The position numbers were made by a program, and so were the translations under genes. A stretch of 63,934 nt of DNA, the filler included, from Octopus bimaculoides (Eukaryota): NCBI RefSeq assembly GCF_001194135.2. It is 7 parts of 6 records of this genome, joined end to end, with 100 filler letters (N's around TTAATTAATTAA, not from the genome) between each part and the next. Parts side by side here need not be neighbours in the genome. Positions count along the whole stretch, not along the records: positions 20,282 to 38,294 come from NC_068983.1; 6 more parts are not named here. The stretch is one strand, 5' to 3'. Below, piece after piece: positions 25,757 through 37,310 of the stretch (position 1 is its first letter; every line of letters starts with the position of its first letter). The notes under the pieces are model-generated. The model made no database searches and had not been told where the DNA came from. It worked only from the letters and a program-made list of their open reading frames with translations.

Positions 25757-27124
25757 TGATGATGATGATGATGATAAAAAGAGCATGAGTTTTCTTCTTT
25801 ATACATTTAATTTCATTATTCACTATGCTACCACTATTCAAAAAAAAAAAAAATCTAAACATATTTACTCATCATTACCATTATGTTTTAATATGTACAA
25901 AGATGGGCATGATGATAATGATGATGAAATAACTGATTGCTCTACTGGTGCTTTCACGCTCCAAAGTTAATAATTTAGTCACTGTACATTGTTACTGTAG
26001 TGTAGTGTTTGTTTCAAAGAGCTACAAAAACCTAGAGAATGATAAACACAACCTAACTATTGAGTCACTCACCAGCAGCATTAACTGCTGTTTCTTTTAG
26101 ATGCCCAACTCACTAAGAATTCAAAAGGAAGGAGGGGGTGGGTAAAGTGATGTGGAGGGAGTGAACATAATTATAATTCACATAAAATATAAAAAATAAA
26201 TAAGTACAAACTAAATATTTTCTACAAAAACAAACATCATAAAGACATTTGTAATCACAAGCTTATTTTGTTTTCCTTTTTGCTCTTTTTTTTAAGTCCC
26301 AAATTTTCACCACATGCTCATGAACTATTAAAATACAAAGCATTCTTAGTATTTTCCAAGAATTAGAATGTTGTATATTACATTTTTTATTATTTTTTTT
26401 CTTTTCTTTTTCAGATGAAATATTTATGTAATATTTAGTCTGTAGATTTTCATATTCCGAAGATATATAGAGAGATGGTAGCATAGCTGTGAATCCTGCA
26501 ACAGAGAAAAACATCTTCACTGGCTAAGGTGACAGTCTATTGCAGGTAACTTTCCTCAGAAGAGACTTGTACCCATCTTTCTTAGTTGCAAGAACCAAAG
26601 CAAAATAGAATTGAATTTAATGTCTCTGACAAAAACATAACACCCTCAGTGAATCTGAACTCATAAAAACTTGAGCTGCCAATCCAGTCCCTAACCAACA
26701 CAGCCATTTTGACTTATGCATATGTCTATATGTACTATAATATATACATGTATGCAGTGTGGGGGTGTCGGGGGATGAGTGAGGAGGGGGATGGGTAGTT
26801 CCTATGCTGTGTGTTGTGAGAGAAAAAACATGGGTAGGATGTTGCTAGCCCTTTATTACATCTGTTACACGCTTCAATATTTGGTAATTAATGATGACAT
26901 ACTATAAATACAATCCATAGACGCAACTTATGACGAAAGCTAGATACCACCTTGAACAGAGACAAGCTCGTTATGTTACATTACAGCCCTTCTCAGACTA
27001 CATAGAACCCTTAGGGATCCTGCAATAGTGGGGGTTCAATGTGATTACTAATAAGAGCCACAACCTGAATGGAAAATGTATTATGCACTGAGTGCATCAT
27101 TACCACTTATACATATATAGGTGT

Positions 27125-27169
<45 letters not shown>

Positions 27170-27184
<15 letters not shown>

Positions 27185-27980
27185 AAAAATGAGAATGTGT
27201 GTCTGTCTGTCTGTCTGTCTGTGTGAATCCCTAAAACTCGAGAACTACGCAACCAATTTCATTCAAATTTTACACAAGCCTTACTTAGGGTTCCAGTTGT
27301 GTTTTAGTCAAAAAAAATTATTAACTTCTTGCAGAGTTCGAGCACACGGCAACATAATATCTCCTCCACTATTTAAGTATTACGTGTCAAAAGTGAAACA
27401 AAAACACTCATGTCAAATACTTTCACTTTAAANNNNNNNNNNNNNNNNNNNNNNNNNNNNNNNNNNNNNNNNNNNNNNNNNNNNNNNNNNNNNNNNNNNN
27501 NNNNNNNNNNNNNNNNNNNNNNNNNNNNNNNNNNNNNNNNNNNNNNNNNNNNNNNNNNNNNNNNNNNNNNNNNNNNNNNNNNNNNNNNNNNNNNNNNNNN
27601 NNNNNNNNNNNGATGTACATGTCTGTAGCTGGTCTTCTCTTGGAAGAGCCCTGCTTCTCACATGGACAACTGTATGTTGGCTGCTCAAGAGTGGGCAGCA
27701 ACAAAAAAACCTATTTGTATATGCTCCGCAAGGGAAAACAAGGAACATAGTTTACAATGAGGTGTTAATAATCACAACAGCAAGAAAGTATGTACATGAT
27801 CACCTTCTTTTACGAAACTTCATTGACTTTCATATATTTATATTGATATACATATATATACGTGCATTTGGGTGCCTGTGTGTATATACATCTCTATATA
27901 TAAAGATGATGCATAGTCTAGACGGCGTTTTTAGATTTCATTATTCTCTTTAACCCGGGCAACGCCGGGTATTTCTGCTA

Positions 27981-27981
<1 letters not shown>
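27170..27981 (+). mobile_element. Non-autonomous Helitron-like element (contains an assembly gap)
   Basis: 5' (TA)n-aaaaatgagaatgt(ctgt)n start. 3' hairpin acccgggcaacgccgggt (27953-27970) is 7 nt before the terminal CTAG (27978-27981), followed by T. Confidence 0.8.
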
Positions 27982-28037
<56 letters not shown>

Positions 28038-28281
28038 TATAAAGATCTAGTGATCAAGGTGTAGGAAGAAAGTTAACTTCAAGCAAACCATAGCAAATAT
28101 TAAAAAAAACAGCTTTCAGGGACAATAGTGGTTTGTCGAGACAGAAGGTTGTGGATTTTTTTCATATCTAAGTAAAATAAATTGAAAAAAGTTCTTTTTT
28201 ATATTTCACGGTAGGCGACCAGGGTTGACGAGTGTGTGAATAAGAATACAGGAGTTAAAGAATAGCGTAAGATAAGAACTG

Positions 28282-28365
28282 GGCTACATATGTTTCATAG
28301 CGAGCGGAATATCAGAAGTGGTAAATATCCAAGCAAGGTGAATATCAAAGGCTACTCTTCAGGCC
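28282..28365 (-). ncRNA. Minimal type I hammerhead ribozyme motif with intact core
   Basis: Minus strand GGC-CUGAAGA-GUAGC-(49 nt)-GCUAU-GAAAC-AUAU-GUA-GCC. Helix I is 3 bp, helix II 5 bp, and helix III is the palindrome ACAUAUGU. Confidence 0.72.
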
Positions 28366-28530
28366 AAGGATATCTTGATTAAATGAAAGTTAATATTGGC
28401 GCAAGGATATTCCATGTGTTAACATGTACCTCCTTGTGACAATGTAAATTTTCATTTAATCAAGATATCCTTGGCCTGAAGAGAAGCCTCACTTGGATAT
28501 TTACCACTTCTGAGGTTCCGCTCTTGTATG
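28297..28530. repeat. Imperfect inverted repeat (pseudo-LTR-like fold-back) containing the hammerhead and an inverted truncated copy
   Basis: gagcggaa..tcagaagtggtaaatatccaag...ctcttcaggccaaggatatcttgattaaatgaaa is mirrored at ~28450-28525. Confidence 0.85.
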
Positions 28531-28800
28531 TATGTATGTGTGTGTGTGTGTGTGTGTATGTATATATATATATATATATAAGCTGTAATTTTTGTATAAT
28601 TATGTATTGTTAATATAACAATACATAAAGACGGGCTAGAGTTGAAGTGCTCAGCATGAGCTAGAATTCATCTCATAGTAAAAATAGATACATAAGGGTG
28701 GAAAACCACACGAACAATACCATATGTCCAACGCAAGATATAATATGTGTGTGTGTGTGTTCAATTCCTTCAAGAATCAATAAATAAATTTATAGTTTTC

Positions 28801-29620
28801 AGTCTCTAAAGTGTCTAAAAGGTACGGTAAAAAGACAGGCAAATACAACAATAAAAACTTTAGAAATATCATGAAAGTTCAAAATATTTATAAAAATGCA
28901 TAATTTCCAAGTTGTATAAAAATATGACAATTTAAGTTAAAACATTACGATATATAAACGTACATGTTGATATAACATATAATGGGTAAATATATACGGT
29001 ATGATGAAGTTATAAATTTACATGTATTATATTAAAAACGTGTACATTAGGACAGAAAATGTATATATACTATATCAGAGTGAGGAAGAAGAGAAAAAAA
29101 AACAACCTATTATAGAAAAGTTAAGTTAAAAGTATACATCTACGGACCGTTTTTGAGATGTGTCTATTAATATGGTGTTGTATAGACACTCCCTTCATCA
29201 GGGTGTTTGTTGTACATAAAGAAGAAGGAATAAAAATATAGAAAACGTAAAAAGCTTAGAGTGACATAATACAATATGTTAACATACAAGTAAAAAACAA
29301 CTGAACTCAACACCTTACATCACGGCTCTTATTTCTCAATTGCGGATATAGTATATATACATTTCCTGTCCTAATGTACACGTTTTTAATATAATACATG
29401 TAAATTTATAACTTCATCATACCGTATATATTTACCCATTATATGTTATATCATAATGTATGTTTATATATCGTAATGTTTTAACTTAAATTGTCATATT
29501 TTTATACAACTTGGAAATTATGCATTTTTATAAATATTTTGAACTTTCATGATATTTCTAAAGTTTTTATCATTGTATTTGCCTGTCTTTTTACCGTACC
29601 TTTTAGACACTTTAGAGACT
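28801..29620. repeat. ~275 bp diverged inverted repeats with a ~270 bp spacer (right arm runs into a gap)
   Basis: 28801-29075 is the reverse complement of 29346-29620, with several substitutions. Confidence 0.9.
29136..29205 (-). ncRNA. Degenerate hammerhead-like motif in the inverted-repeat spacer
   Basis: CUGAUGA (29201-29195), stem GUGUCUA/UAGACAC, CAAAAAC in place of CGAAAC, helix III ACGG-U-CCGU, GUA, and near-complementary helix I ACACC/GAUGU. Confidence 0.5.
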
Positions 29621-29734
29621 NNNNNNNNNNATATATATATATATTTATATACATATATATATAATATATACTAATATATACTTTTGTTATTTACACCACC
29701 TGTCCTCGTCTGTTGTTGTTATTTGTATATTCTC

Positions 29735-29803
<69 letters not shown>

Positions 29804-30014
29804 CATACACCATACACCACAGGTGAATCGTTGGAGATTTTCTTCCTCCGTCTTCCCTTCTATTGGACTTTCCTCTGTTTCCAAAGAAGAGCGTCTGCTC
29901 AAAACTTTAAACCAACTTCCTTTCCTTCCCTGAGTGTCTGCCAATACTTTACATGTACCATGTCCTTGTGTTGTTGCTTTTTTTGTGTTTGTTCTTTTTT
30001 GGATTTACTATATA

Positions 30015-30089
<75 letters not shown>

Positions 30090-30924
30090 ATATATATACA
30101 TGAACACTACCAGGACTAGAGAAAAAGTTTCAGGTGTGGAAATACTCTCTCAAAGCACACACAGGGACCAAAGAAGTCAAAAGCTGCCTGTGGGACTTGA
30201 GCTCAGATCTCCAGGCGTTCTTCCATTGGACCAAAGCAATCATTTAAATTTCTCTATCCAGTTTAGTAACTTTATTCTTACCAGCAAGAATTGTAATTCA
30301 TGTCATAAGAACTTCATAAAGCTTCAAGAGAATGTGAGATTGTTTTTTTTTGAAATAGTATATAGACACATAGCTCTAAATAATATAAAGTAAAATGGAT
30401 AGAAAAATTTGAAGGTTTGTTTTGGCCCGATGGCAGACCACCTATCAAATTTACAGAAGATGTGGGTTCAAGTCTCAGAGGCAGCCTTCAACTTTTTTTT
30501 TATCTAAAAGGGTTTTTCACTCCAATATTTACATACTATTGCTTATAGCTTCATGTGTGTACTTTGAGATATATTATTACTAAAAACAATTTGTGTGTGT
30601 GTAAGAGTATGAAAAAACAGATGTGATACAATCATCACTCTTGTGTTAACATCCATTTTTCCATGCTTGTATGGGTCGGACAAAATTTGCTGGGGCAGAT
30701 GATATTTCCTTGGCTTGGAGACAGATGAGGATAGGTAACAGAAATGGAGCATTCAACCACATAACATCTGCTTCAATGAATTTCATTTGATCCAAGCAAG
30801 CATAGAAAAGTGGATGCTAAAATGAAAAATATGATGATGATGATAATATGTGTGGGAGTATACATGTGTAGGCATATATGTGATGGCTGTAAACAAGCAT
30901 CACTGTCATACAAGAGGTGTTGTT

Positions 30925-31095
30925 CATTTCCAGCTTTCCATGAAAAACATCTGATCATGGGAAAAATATCACCTTGCTTGGAAACAAGTAAGGGTCGGTG
31001 ACTGGAAAAGCATTCAGCTGTAGAAAATCTACCTCAACAATTTCCTCCTGATCCATGTAAACATGGCATGGTTAACGTGAAAAGGTGATGATGGT
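30925..31095 (+). mobile_element. Non-autonomous element with an RTE-like 3' tail (partial reverse copy also at ~30640-30700)
   Basis: gcattcagctgtagaaaatc...catg...taacgt..gatgatg shared with 21530-21710 and 37068-37310. Confidence 0.65.
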
Positions 31096-31139
31096 GATGA
31101 CATATCTTACCATTAGTTGTTTCAGTTATTAGACTGGGG

Positions 31140-31710
31140 CACTTGCCTTGGAGAATTTTTAGTTGAATGAATTGACCCCAGTACTTATATTAAACCAGAT
31201 ACTTATCCTGTCAGTCTCTTTTGCCAAACCGCTAAGTTATGGGGACATAAACACACCAACACCAGTTGTCAAGTGGTGATGGCGATGGGCAAACACACAC
31301 ACAAGCTTCTTTCAGTTTCTTATTTCTTTATTGCCCATAAGGGGCTAAACATAGAGGGGACAAACAAGGAGAGACAAACGGATTAAGTCGATTACATCGA
31401 TTCCAGTGCGTAACTGGTACTTAATTTATCGACCCCAAAAGGATGAAAGGCAAAGTTGACCTTGGCGGAATTTGAACTCAGAACGTAGCAGCAGACAAAA
31501 TACCGCTAAGCATTTCGCCCGGCGTGCTAACATTTCTGCCAATTCGCCGCCTTTCAGCTTCTTTCAGTTTCTACCTACCAAATCCACTCACAAGGTTTTG
31601 CTTGGCCCAAGGCTATAACAGAAGACACTTGCCCAAGGTGCCACACAGTGGGACTGAACCTGGAACCATGTGGTTGGGAAGCAAGCTTCTTACTACACAG
31701 CTATGTTTAC
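31140..31710 (-). mobile_element. SINE B copy interrupted by SINE A (31321-31551) with a 17 bp target-site duplication
   Basis: agcttctttcagtttct at 31304-31320 and 31556-31572. Confidence 0.87.
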
Positions 31711-33157
31711 ACTCGCAAAACTTGAAGGAAAACCATCATTCTTATAAGAAGAATTTTGATGAAATTGAAAGATGTCTACCATAAAAAATTAAAACTAGGC
31801 TGATGAAATTGTTTAAATAGTATTATTTTATTTAGTAACAAGGCTAAGTGGCTACTGAATAGAATTGACCCTTAGAAAATAGCGGAACAAAATTAAAATA
31901 ATCTTGTGCATTGAGAATGGTTTGCTATTGTTTCTACCAAGTTTATTTCTTTAAATGATATTTTAAACTGGAAAGATAAACAACATAGCTTGGAGAGACT
32001 GGAAGGTGGAGGAGAGAGAGAAAGAGCTCTTAGAATATTATCACTTTTTGCTTATGAGGCCGATGAAAAAAAAAGTGAGGGGGAGGAGAGATGGATAAGA
32101 GGGAAAAGAGAGGGAGAATGATGACTGAATAAAGGCATATACACACATGTATACAGTATATATGTAAACATATAAATTATATATATATGGAATAAAGGGA
32201 AAGAAAAGATAATTAGAGAGAAGGAGACAGAGGTGCAGAGATGAGAAAAAGAAGAGGAATAGTTGGAGAGAGAAAAAGACAGATATAAAGACTATGAGAG
32301 AGAAAGACAGAGGACAAGAAATTTCTTAAAATATATTCAAACTTTACTGTATTATTATCAGACATGTGAGGTGTTGTGTGGTTGAGTTCTCAGGCGTTTT
32401 TTTGTTTAATGTTTTATCATGAGGTGTAGTGGTGTAGCAGGGGAGTAGGGGAGAGAACAAGGGAACATTGATAGCAGTGTGGGTGAGTTCTGGGTGGGGA
32501 TAGCAGAAGAGAACAACAACAACAACAATTACTACTACTAGCAACAACGATGATGATGATGATGATGATGACGACGACGACCACGGTGATGGTAGAGGCA
32601 TTACATTTAAAGATATAAAATCTGGTCCGCCTCTCATTTTGAAATTGTTTTTTAATTGCAAAAAAATTATTTCCTTGATAAAAATTAAGCATTGTTGCCG
32701 TCATAAAGAAAAAGAAATGAGAGAGAGAGAGAGAGAAAGACAGAGAGACAGACAGACAGAGAAAGGAATGGTAGGTGGTTGGGTAATCACTTTTCTTTTT
32801 CAACTCAATGTCACTAGAACGGATGTAGAAGGAAATCGTTGACTACACCCCTTTAATAAAGACAGTTAAGTGTCATGTTTGTTGCTGTCATCATCATCAT
32901 AACCACAATTTCATTCTCCTCTTCCCATTCCTCTCCACTTCTCATTTACCCCTTCCTTTTTTCCTTCCCATTGAAAATAAGCATAACCTGAGAAATCACC
33001 CAATTATTTGTTTGAATCTCAAATACGTCAAACTTTCCAGTGGCTTAATGCAGTGATTCCCAACCGGTTTCATGCAAGACAATTTTTCCAAGGACTGAGG
33101 GATCACGCACATAACAAAACAAGTACACAATACATAATTCAATTATTACATATATAT

Positions 33158-33535
33158 AGGCACAGGAGTGGCTGTGTGGTAAGTAGCTTGCTTACCAACC
33201 ACATGGTTCTGGGTTCAGTCCCACTGCGTGGCACCTTGGGCAAGTGTCTTCTACTATAGCCTCGGGCCGACCAAAGCCTTGTGAGTGGATTTGGTAGACA
33301 GAAACTGAAAGAAACCCGTCATATATATGTATATATATCTGTATGTGTGTGTGTCTGCTTGTCCCCCCCAACATCGCTTGACAACCGATGCTGGTGTGTT
33401 TACGTCCCCGTAACTTAACGATAGAATAAGTACTAGGCTTCCAAAGAATAAGTCCTGGGGTCGATTTTCTTGACTAAAGGCGGTGCTCCAGCATGGCCAC
33501 AGTCAAATGACTGAAACAAGTAAAAGAGTAAAAGA
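33158..33535 (+). mobile_element. Near full-length tRNA-derived SINE family B
   Basis: ggcacaggagtggctgtgtggtaag A-box, gggttcagtccc B-box, ggcaccttgggcaagtg (CORE-like) central motif, and a microsatellite-separated 3' module. Confidence 0.9.
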
Positions 33536-33714
33536 ATGCAAAAACACCCAGCAGATTGTGATAGTCAATAAAACAGAAATAAACTTCATTCTTTCTGTGC
33601 AGTCCAGGACAAAATTACCAACGTCTCAATGATTGGGAACCCCTGGTTAAGGAGTCTAAAACAGATACGGCTAACATTTGACACTTAAAATAATAATCCT
33701 TTTTTATTTTTTGC

Positions 33715-33850
33715 ACAAGGTCAGCAACTGGTTCTAAGTTTATTGACCCCCAAAAGGATGAAAGGTAAAGTCAACCTCAACAGAATTTGAACTCCGACAG
33801 ACAAAATGCCATTAAGCATTTTGTCCAGTGTTGCTAACAATTCTGTCAGC
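33715..33850 (-). mobile_element. SINE A fragment abutting (AAT)n
   Basis: gacccc aaaaggatgaaaggtaaagtcaacctc core, reverse orientation. Confidence 0.8.
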
Positions 33851-33855
33851 TCATC

Positions 33856-33894
<39 letters not shown>

Positions 33895-33907
<13 letters not shown>

Positions 33908-34205
33908 GTAATAATATGGAAAATGAATTAAAGGTGAAGATAGTGCCAATTATTGTTTGGTCCTTAGGGACAGTATCAGAAGGCATCAAGAGGAATATAA
34001 AGGAAATCAGAATAGAGTGCCCAGTAGAACTGTTACAAAAGGTTTGTCTCCTTGCCACGGCCAGAATAATGAGGAAAGTATTAGATAGTTGAAAAGAACA
34101 ATGGCATGGCACCGTAGGCTGCAGGCAGCAAGACTGCTATGCATGCAAGTCTCCAGGAATTCCAACAAAACCTAAGATAAAAAGAAATAATAAAAATAAT
34201 AATAA
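33895..34205 (+). mobile_element. Extreme 3' fragment of an R4/Dong-like RLE LINE, third subfamily
   Basis: KVKIVPIIVWSLGTVSEGIKRNIKEIRIECPVELLQKVCLLATARIMRKVLDS* plus 3' UTR, between (AAT)n tracts. Confidence 0.82.
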
Positions 34206-34464
34206 CTGCAGCGTGGAAGATGTTCATAAGCCAGTTAAGAACACACAAAAAACCGTTAGTTCACTTCATTTAAACTTAATTTAAAATTAAATTAAATTAA
34301 AATGAAATTAAATTTAAATGTTGAAGTGAATCTAATGTTTTTTTGTGTGTTCTTAAATTGCTTATAAACACCTTCCAAGCTGCTATTGTTTTTGCTTCAG
34401 CACACAATCTCAGATCAAGTCACTTGCTATGCAAGCACATCTCCATCATCATCATCCTCATCAA

Positions 34465-34509
<45 letters not shown>

Positions 34510-34510
<1 letters not shown>

Positions 34511-34955
34511 GTGTCAAATTTTGCCATAAGGGCTGCCATTTTGGAGGAAGGGATGTGACGATTACATCAACCCCAGTTTTTTCACCGGTTCTTAATTTAT
34601 TGACCCCGGAAGAATGAAAGGCACAGCTGACCTCGGCATAAGTTGAACTTAGAACACAGTGATAAATGAAATACTGCTAAGCATTTTGCCAGGCGCGCTA
34701 ATGGTTCTGCCAGCTCACCACTTTGAATAATAATAATAATACTTTCTACTATAAGCACAAGGCCAGGAATTTGAGGGGTAGGGGATAGTTGACCACACTG
34801 ACCCCAGTACTTTGATTGTACTTAATTTATCAACCCAGAAAGGATGAAAGGCAAAGTCGACCTTGGCAGAATTTGAATTCAGTATGTAGCAACAGATGAA
34901 ATTCCGCTAAATATTTCGTCCAGCATGCTAATGATTCTGCCAGCTCGCTACCTTG
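34510..34955 (-). mobile_element. Two tandem SINE A copies (ATT-tailed variant) separated by (AAT)n
   Basis: Cores at ~34600 and ~34840, each head gcgagctggcag adjacent to an (AAT)n tract. Confidence 0.85.
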
Positions 34956-34971
34956 AATAATAATAATAATA

Positions 34972-35120
34972 ATAACTGCCCTGATGCAGTACCAGGCAGT
35001 GGCTCTCATGACTTCTGATCTTAACTAATTGGAAGTGTTATCATGTACATTGTTTTGTCTTGGGTTACAGCAAATATTCTGCTCAATACCACAAATTTGC
35101 TTGTCATGCTTGACCATAAA
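34972..35120. repeat. Unclassified repeat end abutting (AAT)n
   Basis: aactgccctgatgcagtaccaggcagtggctctcat... directly follows the microsatellite. Resembles a recurrent octopus repeat from recall only. Confidence 0.4.
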
Positions 35121-36084
35121 ATCTACCAATTCACATCATGAATTGGTAGATTTTTTATTTTTAAAATTTTTTTTTACAATAACAAAATTGACAGAATTTA
35201 TTGATTTTTTAAAAAAATTAGCATAAAAACAACAAATCTGAGGTATAAATGGCTAAATCGACAACAAAGCACAGGTGTATATTAGTATGTATGTGTATAT
35301 GTATGTGTGTGTGCGCATATGCATATATATGTTTGTGTTCATCCCATCTCCTACTTGACAACCGGTGTTGGTTTGTTTACATCCCAGTAACTTAGCAGTT
35401 ACTGAGACCAATAGAATAAGTACCAGACTAAAAAAAAAAAAGTAAAAGGAAAAACACAATATTTGAGCTGACGAAGATGTGTCTATGCAGTCGCTTGACC
35501 TGCCAGAAACAGTAGCTAAATCACTAGTTATGGCCATCTTAACAAAAAACAAAAAAAAAACAAAAAAAAAACACAATGGATAATGTAGTCCAAGATAAAC
35601 TATGTAAAACGAAAATAGGATGGCCAAAGTTGAAATACCTTTAATCACAGAGTCTGCTTGATCAGAGTTGAATTGAGATTAAAACTGGAACAAGACAAAT
35701 ATTGAAACCAAAATTTAAAATAACAGAGCGATATCTATTCCGCCACCCTACTCCATCACCACATTTCTCTTTAACACATAAATCTTGGTATTCTAATGGC
35801 ACACCGTGAAATAATTTGATGCTACCCAGCTCCTCCATCATTCTCTATCGCTATGTCAAACATGCCAACCACAAGAATGAATGAATGCATTTATTTCATT
35901 CTCTTCACCACGAAGGAATGTTATTACTCCTTCACTCTCCTTTATACCCATACATGTGAAATATTAATTCAAGATAATACTTGTTCTGTTGACAATAAAA
36001 TCTGGCTGTGAATCCAACATAAGTTTGCAAAACATGTGTGATTAGAAGCTTAATAGGCGAATTGGGATAACTGATTATTTTCTA

Positions 36085-36530
36085 CATAGGAGTTCTAAGG
36101 AAAATAATTCTTTCTAATTTAGGCACAAGAGCAGTAGAGAGTGTTAACCGATACCACCAATTCCAATATGAAACTGGTATCTTTATTTTATCAACTCCAA
36201 AAAGCGGATGAAAGGCAAAGTTGACCTCAGCAGAATTTGAACCGAGAACATAAGTCAAAATAAATACCACAAGGCATTTTATCAGGCGCTCTGATAATTC
36301 TACCAAATCTACCACTCTGAATAATAATATTCTTTCTACAATAGACACAAAGCCTGAATTTTTGGTGAGAAAAGCTATTAGATTACATTGACCCCAGTGT
36401 GTAACTGGTACTTAATTTATCACCCTGAAAGGATGAAAGGCAAAATCAACCTTGTAAGAATTTGAACTCAGAACATAGAAAGCCGGAAGAAATGCTGCTA
36501 AGCATTTCTTCGAACGATTCTGCTAGTGAA
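36085..36530 (-). mobile_element. Two tandem SINE A copies (ATT-tailed variant)
   Basis: ggatgaaaggcaaagttgacctc cores at ~36210 and ~36435. Confidence 0.82.
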
Positions 36531-37067
36531 TTGATTTGTCGCATTTTGTTTTTATTCAGCCTCTTAATCACAGAAGCCTTTTTACAAAATCTTATCAAGT
36601 GATCAAAAGTCACAGTGTGTCTTTCACCAAACCTTAAACCATTTTCAAAGAGTTTATTGTGTGGGTTCCATGACACAGCCAATTATAGGAACGTGATTTA
36701 AACAGTTCATCTCCATGTACTGTAAATAAAAGGCAACTATAGAGTAAATATAAGGCAAAAGTCAGCCTAGTGGAGTCAATGCTGTCAAACTCAGAAAAAC
36801 AAGCTAAGGAGCTGCTCGCTTGTCAATACACATACCTCTGTCACTTACAGCAGAGAATTTTAACCAAGCCAATGTAACAAACAACAGCTAAATGGACTGG
36901 AGATGACAAACAATGGCTCCTTTGGTTTCAAGTCCCACATTACTACTGGAACAGCTTTGTGTGTGTGCTGTTATCAGTGCAATGGGTTATATATGTATTG
37001 TTCATAATTACATACATCTTACTATACATTTTATGTTATGCAACATGCACTGCTAAGTGGTCATAAA

Positions 37068-37310
37068 TATCATTTTAACGTCCACGTTTCTATGATTACA
37101 TGAGTCAGATGGAATTTGCTGCGGCGGATTTTCGACGGCTGGATGCCCTTCCAGTTGCCAGCCCTCACCTCTTTCCACGTAAGGTAATACTTCCTTAAGA
37201 CCAGCTATGCTTTTACAGAAGATTGGAAACTAAAGACACTGCTTGCATGACGGTGACACTCATTTACGATTATCACATTATTACAAGACAACGAAACAGT
37301 AACACACACA
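37068..37310 (-). mobile_element. Non-autonomous element with an RTE-like 3' tail
   Basis: tttaacgtccac...gctggatgcccttccagttgcc matches the RTE 3' end at 51617-51760. Confidence 0.75.

Noticed and set aside
36915-37005. CYQCN Ly6/uPAR-like start in a short plus-strand frame
   Set aside because: No signal peptide, no suitable splice sites in phase, and a stop within 7 codons.
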